64,000 bases of DNA from the NCBI RefSeq assembly GCF_008831285.2, contig NC_045138.2, positions 372,001 through 436,000 of the forward strand, written 5' to 3'. The notes below the pieces were generated by a model that had not been told where the DNA came from, made no database searches, and was given only the letters and a program-made list of their open reading frames with translations. Positions 52,554 to 64,000 of the stretch are shown piece by piece. A program made the position numbers and the translations under genes. The DNA comes from Nymphaea colorata. Its lineage: Eukaryota. Positions within the stretch are counted from its first letter, which is position 1. Each line of letters starts with the position of its first letter.

Positions 52554-54191
52554 CAATGCTCTTACATTTTGGAAATCGGCTAGATTAGTTCAAAAAGTGG
52601 ATTCCGTATGAATGTAAAAATCAGAATTCGGATTGTGAGATCGGATTTCAAATTTCAAATCAAAGATGACTTTTCTTTGTTTCTATCGAATCAGAATATG
52701 CGAGTATCTGAAGAAACGGATCCAATTTGAATCTGACCCATTGACATCCCCATTAGTTTGCAGGAATTTGACTAATTGGCACTGGTGTGTGGGACTATTA
52801 ACTATCATAACCTCCTATTGTATTAATGGCGATCGCTCCACTCATCTTTAATTTTGCTTGCCCCACATAACAAGACATGTATGTTAATATTCATGAGTCA
52901 TGAGTCTCACTCAACCATTTGATTTACTTCATACATTTCCATTACTAGGGATGTACACCAGCTGAGTCAAGCTCACTCGAACTCTACTCATATCTTGTTC
53001 ATCCCGACCTCCAGTTGAGTTCTACCAGGTTAGCTAGAGGTCAACCTGAGTAGACTGAGTCCCGTCCAGCTAGAAAAGAAAATGATAACCTAGATTAAAT
53101 GAGCTTACTTGAGCTTAGGGATGTCAATATATTGGATTTGAATCGAATATCCGATTGCACCCATAAAAATTAGATGTGAAAAAAAATAATATCTGATTAA
53201 AAAATCATATCGGATTTAAGAAATAACATCCGACCAGATTCAGATTCGGATATACATAAATACCCGATCGGATTCGTACCAGATTTATTTTTATACAAAT
53301 TTCCTATATCTAATTTTAATCTGATCCTGTTGACATCCGCGCCGGAGCGTAATCGAGTCAAGTTCATGTTATAAGCTTAATGGAGTCAAGTTCATGTTAT
53401 AAGCTTGAGTTTTTAGTTAATTTCGAGCTTTGACTCATTGACAAACGAGGTGAGCAGAGTTGGAGTTGAGGGAGTTAGAGTCACGACTCATTGTCCAGCC
53501 CTAGATCATTAGTTTCGTATCCTAATTGGATTTAAGCAAGGGGTTCTCAAGTGCACCGGTAGCTAGGAACCCTCAATTTGGTTAAACCCAAGATCTGTAT
53601 AAATTTTAGATTTTGGAAAACCTGATTCCACAAGATCTTATGTTAATATTTGTATCTATATCTCGAAATCATGGCCATTAACTGCTAACCGTTGTCACAG
53701 GTCTCGTTCTGTGCTTTTTACGGGCAAGGCTTTTCTGGAGTACTAAAAAAAATTGTTTTCAAAAAAATTGTTTTCCGTGAAAGATCTCAAGAATTCAAAA
53801 TATTTAAAGTTATATAAAAACTTACGAAATCTTGAGTTTTTCACTTTTTAATGTCTTACAAACATTAATAAAAATTCAAAACAGTTATTAAGAAGAAAAA
53901 TAGACCATGAAAAACTAAAATATGATTATATTTGTTTAGGGAATATTGCAAAAAAAAGGAAAAAATGCAATGCTTTTGATCGTTCCAAAATATCATGACA
54001 TTATTTCGCTTTTTCTTATTTCCCTTTTTTCAGTTTTTAACACAAACAAGCCTGTAATCGGCATTTGAATCTAAATTTCATAAGATATTTGAGGTATAGC
54101 AATACCCTGGTCATGATATGAACTCATATATAAGGAGTTTAGGGATTCAAATGATTTGGATTTCTAACTTCATGTTGGGTTTAATCTAATT

Positions 54192-54379
54192 GAGATCCCT
54201 TCTCAAAGATTAATTAATTGTTTAGTAATTTAGATCTTATTCGACTTGTTTACCTCATCCAATTGGGTGAAATAATGTCGACTATGAATTCTAACAGATG
54301 TGGTTAACATGTGGTAAAGGAAAATTGAGAAGAGAGTGAAATTGAAGATTCAGAATCAAATCTCAATTCTGTCATTTAG

Positions 54380-54421
<42 letters not shown>

Positions 54422-54637
54422 AGAGTACGAGAAATCCCTATTGGATTATGTTTACGAGTTTGTGCATATGTTTTAAGAAAATTTTAGGTTCAACAACCGT
54501 GGATTCACTAAAACTTCAAAAAAACGGAGTCCGGCAAACAATGAACCTAATTCAACTATACGTGAGGTTTACAAAAGATAATAAAAACAGGCAAGTTCAT
54601 CTTTAACTAGTAATATCTCGAATTTAAGGCCAATGTA

Positions 54638-54689
<52 letters not shown>

Positions 54690-54975
54690 TTATTTATTTA
54701 TATTTATTTATATATATATATGGAAAATTAAAGCATCTGTCAAATGCAGAACAGTTGCTGACTAAAATTTGAATACTTGTTGCTGAATAAACTATAAGTC
54801 GTTGCTAAATCCTTCATCAACCATCGGCCCAACATGAAATACAATTGCTAAAGCGAATATAGTAATTATTTTATAGCACGAAATGATCTAGCCCGTGGTG
54901 ACATCTTCACTCTTATTCCACCACCCACCTTCTCCCTCTCGTGTGAATCAACACACATGCTTAGTTTCTACTTGG

Positions 54976-55026
<51 letters not shown>

Positions 55027-58000
55027 TTCTCTCTCAGCACCTTTCTAGATCTTCTTTTCAGATTCAGACCTTCACCTTACATAGGTTGGTATCTTCATTA
55101 CTTTCAGTTTCTTGTTCTAATCATAACCCATCTGTAATGCACCAAGAACATGTATATGTAATGGTTTTCTAAGTTATAGTATTGTATAAGCTTATTTAAC
55201 AAGGAATATTGTAACTTCATTATCATTTTAAGTTAAAAATCTATTTATAGTGTGATTTTAACAAGAGTAGTGACATCTTGCTTGCTTGCTGAAAATGAGA
55301 CTGTAGCTAAAGATACCACCATGGAATTGAAAAGGAAATTCCTTATCCATTTTCGTACTTATGTTGTTTACATGATTGGTTGTTTTGGTGAATTGGTAAA
55401 TTGAAAGCCAAATAATTTACCTTGTCGCACTTATCTCATGTTGGATCATTTGGTTCTAGTTAAAGTTTGGGTTTTCCTTTACTGACATATGTTCTTGTTC
55501 AAGACCCATGTCCTTATTTATATTTACCATATGTAATTAAGGTTGAATTTTCCTATTTTTACTGGACACAAGTAAGGGATAGAAAAAGCCTTGCCAAATA
55601 AGGGTATGGAGGTGACATGAAAATCATATATCTCTAAGTGCATGAGGCAATCAGCTTATGACCTTAACATAGAATTACATGCATATTTAAATTATTTTAT
55701 TCTTTTGTTACATTTGACCATGAATTCCATAGTTTTGAATGGCAAATATTTAATCATCTTGCGTAGAGTGAAAGTAACTGCCCTATACCCAGAATCCAGT
55801 CTTCTTATTTTCTTTACCAACGTGTTGATTCTCTCCTAGAGGATTTCTTTTGATGTAGAAGATGAATTTGGCACTTAAACTGATTGTTTTCTAAAATATG
55901 AACACTCTAGAAGGAGATGTGTTGTTGCCAAACTGCACATAGCCCAGAAAAGAAAATAATCTGCAACACAAGTAGTGGATAGCTTCTCCATTTAGCATCG
56001 AGATGGAGCTTAATTTATTTATGAGCACACAGAAAACAGATTAATAAAGCTCAATTTCCATTGCTTTAAACAAGTAGCAATTGTATTACAGTTGTGGTAG
56101 TAGGAAGTTGAAATGAAACCAATTGTCCTGAAATTGCTAAACAAACAAAAGAAAATTTTCCAATGAAAGATATCCGAACAACATCACCTTTGCCCTTATA
56201 GATGCCCTTTGTTTCATTTTCACAAAGATGCAAAGAAAACTTTAGAATCAATGTGATTTACATATTCAAATAATTAAGAAATTTTTAAAAAAGTCTCAAA
56301 GGATTATGACAACGTTTTATAATCAATATGATTTACATATTCAAATAATTAAGAAATTTCTAAAAAAGTCTCAAAGAATTATGACAATGATTCCATGATC
56401 ATATTACCCAGTTACTTTTGAATTGTAAACAAGTTATGAATGTCAGTATATTTCCAAAATATCAGGTCTAGGATTTGGTAATTTGTAGTTAGCATATTAA
56501 TGATATGGAGTTCCTCAAAAGTACATTTCAAGATTGAAATTCATGCTCGTAATGCATGAGATTAGAGGTGAATGATGAAGATGTCAATGCACATAGATCA
56601 AGAGCCCATGCTTACAGTGGAATCTATGACTTATTTAAGTTTATCTACATTATTTGATTAATATAGCTCTTTGATTTAAAATTGTGAGCAAAGTGGATAT
56701 CCATGGAAACAACTTGTCACTTTGTTAGTGATGTTTAATCAAACTCAACAAATAGAATCTCTAAGAAACAAAACACAAAAGCAAAAGCAACTTTTCATAA
56801 GGAGAAATTACTTTGCAGATAGCTTTTTGTTTTTTGGCCGGCCTTACGAGTAGCTGAAGCTACCTTAATCCCTCATATAGGGTGTCCAAATTAATGAAGG
56901 TGCTTAATTAATGAATGTAAGGTCGATTAGAACCCGCAATTAAGGAAATTAGCATTAATGGTAAATAATGTTACCCTTTTTATTTCAAGAACATGACATG
57001 AATAGATGTTTCACAGGAATGCATGTTCATTCTCATCCAATAGAAGGAGTGCATTAATTTGAAAGTATACAACATTTGTTTTTGGGCATTAGTTGGAATT
57101 AGGAACAGAATGTTGTGGTTTCAGTTTCACCACCCTCCCCAATTGTTGCACTTTCTACTTTGAATAAAAAGATTTTGGTCTACCAAAATCTTTTTATTCA
57201 AAGTAGAAAGTGCAACAATTGGGGAAGGTTCTTTCTGGTGAAACTGCAAGTGCTTGAGTTGTCAATGGCCATTTGCAGAATTGAAGCTTGATGAAGTCAC
57301 TGCTTTCAAGCAGCACAGCGTTGGTACACATCTCCCCAAAACTACAAAAGTGTGATATCATATTACCATTCCTGGATCCAGATAATTAATTGGATCTTTT
57401 GTATAGTTGGATCTGGATTCACATTTGACATTGTTCTAAACCTGTTCCACCTTATGGCCAACTCTTTTGACATTGTAGAACTTAGAGTAAACTGAAATTA
57501 CCAGAAAGTCCCCAGTTTGTAAAAAGAAAAGCCTCTTCCTTGAAGGGTAAAGAAGGAAATCAATAAAATCTTTTCTTATTTCTTTCATAAACGGTGAAAT
57601 TACTCCTCCCACAAGCCCATGCAAGCGCCAAGCATGTATGCATGCTTGGGCGTCGAACATGCAATGTGCTCTAGGTGTCGCAAGAGTACTATTTGTGTAG
57701 TCCATATTATTAGATGTGTCACACAAGGAATGGTTGCATCTCAATTCACATTAGAGTCATGAACAATGTGCCCATCTATTAGTATCTTGTCATTGGTTAT
57801 ATGTTCGGACCCCTATACGAGCATGCATGCTCATTGACCAAAATGACCAAAATGCCCCATTATTTGGAAACAGAGAAACATCCTTCAGGGCAAAAATGAA
57901 AAGATAGAAATACCTCTAACACAGTTGTGTGAGGGGTCGAACACGAAGGTAGGTGTTCAGGTCCAAATGCCCACTGTACCCTCTTAAGTGTTGCCTATTA

Positions 58001-58331
58001 ATAAAAGATTGTCTTTTACTTCTTCGCCCTCATTTTTGTTTGGAACAAAGGGATCCGAACTACAACAAAAACGCTTTAAGTCAATTCACCTAGCTAAGTT
58101 TATGAAGCCCTCGCATTTAATCTCAAAAATCATGACAAAATGAACTCATATCAGATTTTTTTTATCCAACCCGATCCATTGGCATCCTTAGAAACCAACT
58201 ATTCAGGTTGCATTTGTCTATGTTGTTCTGATTTCTTCCAATAAGGAAAGGAGAACAAATCAAACAGAAATGGATAAGATATGGTTGTTCATTGCTCTAA
58301 GATAGGGTTGTTTTATGCCCCACGAAATCAA
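54192..58331. repeat. Mosaic segmental duplication: A(inverted)+B+C
   Basis: 54192..54878 is the reverse complement of 20009..20724; 54919..57364 matches 21281..23604; 57363..58331 matches 16057..16982. Confidence 0.92.
57132..57229. repeat. Near-perfect hairpin with 47-bp arms and a 4-nt loop
   Basis: ACCCTCCCCAATTGTTGCACTTTCTACTTTGAATAAAAAGATTTTGG-TCTA-CCAAAATCTTTTTATTCAAAGTAGAAAGTGCAACAATTGGGGAAGGT, one mismatch. Confidence 0.95.
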
Positions 58332-60332
58332 CATCCTGTAAATTTAACAGCGAGGTTTTTCTCTTTAATTTCCAAATAAAAAACAAAAGCAACAAGAGTT
58401 CCATCCACTTGGCTAGGCGTAGTTCGGAGTCTGAACTTTGTGATGATTAGGAGTTAAAAATGTTGGCAGTGCTTGTTTACCTTGTCTAATCTATTATAAA
58501 TGAGGTTGTGTTTGTTCCACATTAAATCTCAGGTCCGTGGTTAGGATCTCAAATCCATAGATTTAAGATCGGGCATCCTTCCGTCGCACCTTAAATCCAT
58601 GGTTTTTAACATGTAGCATGGATCTTAAATCCATGCTACTGAGATTCACTGCTTGATGAAATTGAAATCTCCCAAAACATATCTTCTTATGCAGCATCAG
58701 ATCTAAGAACTAAGGCTAGCAAACTCAAATTGAATGTATGAGATCCGAGGATTTGAGGTCTCACCTCCATTCAACTTGGGTCAGTGGCCCTTTGAAATTT
58801 TATTTTACGGCACATCGGTCAACTTTTGGAGTGTAAATGAGTTGAAGGGCAAAGGGGATGCTTTTGGAAACAACATATATAGTCATGTTTAGACCACACG
58901 TAGCCCGCACTTGTTCACTTGTTTCAGCCCATGCTTTGAAGACAATTGCATGTAAAGACCACACATCTATCTTCATCTTCATGAATGGATAACAAAAGAA
59001 AAAAGAAACAATATGGTAGTACACATGATTGGACTTCTTGTGCTGCTTTTATTTTACTACATTGGTTTGTCAAGGCATCACCATCCTGTAAATTTAAGTC
59101 TGCCCACATAAAGGGGAAGACATACGTTCATGGAATGGAACTTGCGATGAAGAAAAGGACCACTAGCAATGGAACTGCATTCCTTACAAAAGCTTAAACT
59201 AGTCAAGTCTGAAAATGAATCAAAGATTAGATTATGCACCGTCGACATCCCTAGTGTTTTCGTTGTGAAACTCAGCCACCCAAAGAGGAATTGAAATTTT
59301 GTATTAGTTCTACATGGATCCGATTCAAATCTAATTTGCTACTTTGAACACTGAAGGTCTTTTATATTATTTTTAAAACTTGTGAGCTATCGACGTGATC
59401 TTTTATCTTGTTTTAAAACTTTTTTTATTTAATAAATCCTACACATCACATTAATTTATTTGAGTTTTTTTAACCATTGGCTTCATCGGCAGATTCCAGA
59501 CACAGAAATTAAAAATGTGTTTCAATGACAGTTTTTTCAACTTTCATGATATTTCCGAAAAAAATCGGAAATTTTTTAGTATAAAATCTGACCAACTCAC
59601 TAAATAATATAAAATTAATTAGCTTAAGACAAAATCACGTTGATAATTCATAACACATAGAACAAAGAAGGTCAAATGAATTAATCACAATCTCTAAGGT
59701 GCTCTACAGTTTTGATCATCCTTTTTTATGTTATGTTGAAATTGCTACCAACGCGATGGTTTTAATCATCCTTTTTTATGCTATCTTGAAATTGCTAACA
59801 ACACGATGCATATAATTTTCGACAACGATCTCAATTATGATGCTTAATTTTCATTATGGTGCCCAAAATAGCTAGAAAGAGAGAGAAAGAACTGACAAAG
59901 AAATTTACAAACAACAAAACTCTAGAGACCAGGCCTCATGGGCGAAAGGGGGGTTCCGCATGGGCCCTGGCGGCACTTAATATTTTTAAATATATATAAG
60001 CACTTGTCTTAAATAATTTTGAAAAAAATGATATTTTGACCCGTGTTAAAATTTAAAAACTTTAATTTGACTTTGTTCATGAAAATTTTTTTTTGCTGTG
60101 TCAGCATCACCAATCAACAAAAAAGGGACATGAAAAAAAAATAGCAAACAAAGTAAGGACAAAAAAATTATAAAGAAAAGTAATAATGACAATAACGAAA
60201 GTAAGAGGAGGAGGGGAGAGACAGGGTAATCAAAAGAAGACATCCTCCAGCAAATGCAAAGCACGAGGTAGACATGTGCCTTCACAATACATATATATGA
60301 TAGAAGCAACACTTACTGTGAGTTTTTGAACG

Positions 60333-60455
60333 AAAAAAGGGTGAAAACTCTACCACATTAGCTACCAACTAGTAACCTTCATGGTGAAAACGAGAAAGAC
60401 AGAGAGAGAAAAAAAAGGGTGAAAACTCTACCACATTAGCTACCAACTAGTAACC
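60333..60455 (+). repeat. Short direct duplication (about 45 bp identical)
   Basis: AAAAAAGGGTGAAAACTCTACCACATTAGCTACCAACTAGTAACC occurs twice. Confidence 0.85.
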
Positions 60456-60814
60456 CTCTAAGGATCAACCTAACTCTATACTCCTTAATACTATCATGAT
60501 AACACCTTTCAAAAAAATATTAATATAAGAAAATCCTCCGATCAATGTATAAACTAGATTTTATAAAATTTTAAAAAGGATTGATTTAAGCTTTCCCAAG
60601 TATTATAATTTGATTCATACATCACAATTTTAACTTTTTAACAATATATTTCATGCCTTTTACTTATTTATATAATTATGTTTGTGAAAAACAACTCAAA
60701 CGTTATGATGCACACACAAAAAGTAATATATATTAAATATAAAAAATCAGTAGATTAAATACCATTATTATAGGGGCAACATTCGGAAATTTATAATGCT
60801 TCTAGTGATAGACT

Positions 60815-60922
<108 letters not shown>

Positions 60923-61100
60923 TCAAGGTGGAAGCTTAAAAGAAAATTAACGAAAAAAGAGAAATAAAATATTTATTTTAGTCATATAGCATTAACTGAC
61001 AACTTTTTCTGTTTGATTTTTTTTTATTATTCCATCTTGAAAAAATGAATAACCAATATGATGCCTTATGGGTCATCATTACCAATCAATTTCACACACA

Positions 61101-61145
<45 letters not shown>

Positions 61146-61181
61146 ATGGTGACTTTGGTTTCTCAAAGTCACTAATGGTGA

Positions 61182-61225
<44 letters not shown>

Positions 61226-63123
61226 GGTGACTTTGGTTTTTCAAAGTCACTAAGCGGTCTACTTAGAGTCATTGGTCTAACACTTTGGACGGTTAAAAGA
61301 AATTAAAAAAAAAATTACAGATATTTAGGCACGCAAGCCGAGTTCAAGCCATGAAATTTAGGCACTCAAATCTTTAGGAGCACATTTATATATTAGTGTG
61401 CAAAAATGAGATGTATCAATGCCAAAAAAAAAAAAACAAGGCTAGTGTGGCAACTGCCCACCGCTAACTATATGTGGCTCTACCACTACATTGTAACCCA
61501 TGTTTTCGACCACTTAGCACAGCACTCCACCTCATTGGCATAAAGGGTCTAGTGCTCATGTCACTTTAACAAGTGACCAGCTGCCGACCAGCTATGGGTT
61601 CATATTGCATACACAAGCTGCCAATATGAACAGTATATAAACGAAATTATTTTGGTATTCTGTCCTACATTCTCTGTTTTGACTCCTCAAAATGTCAATT
61701 TCTAGTATCGTGATGGAGTACTAATATGTAAGTTGAAACATAGTAGAGACATCACTCTAAAACACCGAAAGCAAATATGATACTTCAAGGGATAAAGGGA
61801 AAGATGGGAGTCTCGGCCCTCTAATTGGGTGGTAGGATAAAATACTCTCCTTACTCATCCAAAAAAAGATAAATTTTTTCGATGAATTATCTCAAATACG
61901 CAACAATATGGAGTAGACTCAAACACATTGTATGCTTTCCCTCATAAAATAATACAAACTTTTTTGTCGGTCTCGACCCACTTTGACGATCATGTAGAAA
62001 CAAATCTAAAGTGCCTTGTCTTCCAAACCAAGTGATATTCAAAACTTTTGAGAACTTATAAAGTGGGTATATATATATATATATATATATATATTGCCAA
62101 TTCATCAAAACTCAAATTCAGATTAGAGACGGCATAAGGGAACTAATTCCAACTGGTATGTAAATCCAAACTTGATCTGTATCTAAGGTATATGATAATC
62201 TCTAATAACTGAGGATTTCAAATTTGCAGATCTACGGTGCCAACTCCTTCCCCTTTCAAACCGCATTTCCATGATTGTTTTTAGATGTGGCATGGATTTG
62301 AAATCCGTCACTTGATTATTTAATTGGTGGACTTCACCTAGTGTGCTTCCTTGATAAGGGATCTAAAAGGTTCGGAGGATCTCATTAATGTGGATCTAAA
62401 ATCGACGCTACATGTTAAAAATCATGAATTCAAGATCAGATGATGGGAGAGTGACACTTTAAATCCATGAATCATCATAAGAGAAAAAAAAAAGAACATA
62501 AACACTGACAGTGAGTAAGGCACCTCAAATGGGTTCTGTATACTTTGCACTCTTTCTATCTGTAGATATTTTTATTTTTATTATATATTTGTAATTTTAA
62601 GAAGTTAGTTCGGTTATATGTTATGACTCTAAAGGGATGATGTGTTATGATTTAGAAATAACTAAAATACAATTATTGGAATAAATACAAGACACTTCCT
62701 CTATAAGGGAAAACTAAAATCTTAAAAACAAAAAATCCCATAATTGGATATATATATATATATATATATATATAAAGAGAGAGAAAGAGAGAGAAAGAAA
62801 GGCAATTAAGTTACAGACGAAAACTAGAACTTTTTATCTTTTTGCTAAAAATTATTTTAAATAAACTATAAAAATCTTTGTATATTTATAAAAATTCTTT
62901 ATATAGAACATGCTTTGAAACAAGTTGCTTTCATCAAAAATGTTGATTTTTCTATCATCAAAATGTTGATAGTATGGGAGCCATTCATTTTTTCTAACTA
63001 TAAAAACTTAAAAAATGATCCACTTAATATATATTTTGCATCAACATATCCTCAATATCATATTGGCTAGGTTAGATTTAAAAAAAAAAAACTTTAAATA
63101 TCATGTTTAAAGGGTTTGACATG

Positions 63124-63153
63124 TCTCTGACCCATAGGCCTGGTTTCTACCAA

Positions 63154-63208
<55 letters not shown>

Positions 63209-63243
63209 AAAAATTGGTAGAAACCAGACCTATAGATCAGAGA
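63124..63243. repeat. 31-bp inverted repeat enclosing a (CT)n(CA)n(TA)n compound microsatellite
   Basis: TCTCTGACCCATAGGCCTGGTTTCTACCAAT versus ATTGGTAGAAACCAGACCTATAGATCAGAGA, 28/31. Confidence 0.85.
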
Positions 63244-64000
63244 TAAAAATGAGACACTTTAAATTTTTTGCTTAAAAAGTATTTTAAACAAAATAAAAAC
63301 ATCCTAATATGTTTATAAAAAACTAATTTGATGTAAAACATGGTTTTCTTTACCAAAAATTTGGATTACTCCATAATTAAAATTTTGATGTTATATGAGC
63401 TGTTCAATTTTATGTCTTACAAAGGTAAGATCAAATTCAAAAAATAATTAACTTAAGACCAATGTTATCGAATCATTTTTTTGTTATTTTGTCCAGACCC
63501 TTGTACCTATTTAAAGCGTAAAGTTCAATGCAGCAAGATCCAGATCTACAAAACTAAATTTTTGAAAATTTCATGTCCGTACAATAAAATCCGGATCCGC
63601 TGCTCCACTAACTGTCAATTTAAAGAGTCACGGGATATATCTATAGTGGCTAGAATGTGAGTTCAGATATATGTTAAATTTTTGCTTAATATATAGTTGT
63701 TTGCTTTTTCTTATGCATATAATTGGTTTCACATAGCAGATAATTGCATAAACCTTTCTCACATAAATGTTTATTTCATATAAATAGCTCCTTATGTTTA
63801 CATATTGGCCAACTCAAAAATTGCAATTTAAAGTGTTACTGTTCCGTTATTTGGCAAGAAGATTATGACTCACCGCGGTGAGCAGCGGCATAGCGAAGGT
63901 AGGGTACGCGAGGGCCCTGGTCCCACCTCAAAATTTTTTTTAAAAAAAAAATTACATGTAAATTGTAGAAAATTTTACTTGTTTATATAAAGGTTTTGAA

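Overview
AT-rich, microsatellite- and MITE-rich flowering-plant genomic DNA. The one clearly intact gene is a two-exon subgroup-21 R2R3-MYB (minus strand, 14294..12771, 322 aa, C-terminal FIDFLGVG). A convergent inverted duplicate lies at 3092..4386. It has lost most of R3, the central activation region and most of its intron through microhomology-bordered deletions, yet stays in frame until a single A-run frameshift near the end. It is a candidate single-repeat MYB microProtein and/or hairpin-siRNA partner. A CC-NB-ARC-LRR pseudogene (32682..49347) is split by a 13.3-kb non-coding LTR retroelement (35119..48451, minus strand, perfect CTAGA TSD, tRNA-Arg-like PBS, Tat/Ogre-like LARD) with an unusual three-LTR, two-PPT architecture. 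54192..58331 is a shuffled mosaic copy of three blocks from 16-23.6 kb and contains a new 47-bp-stem hairpin; the donor copy carries an 18/21 miR172-complementary site. All alignments and identities were done by eye; no database searches were run.
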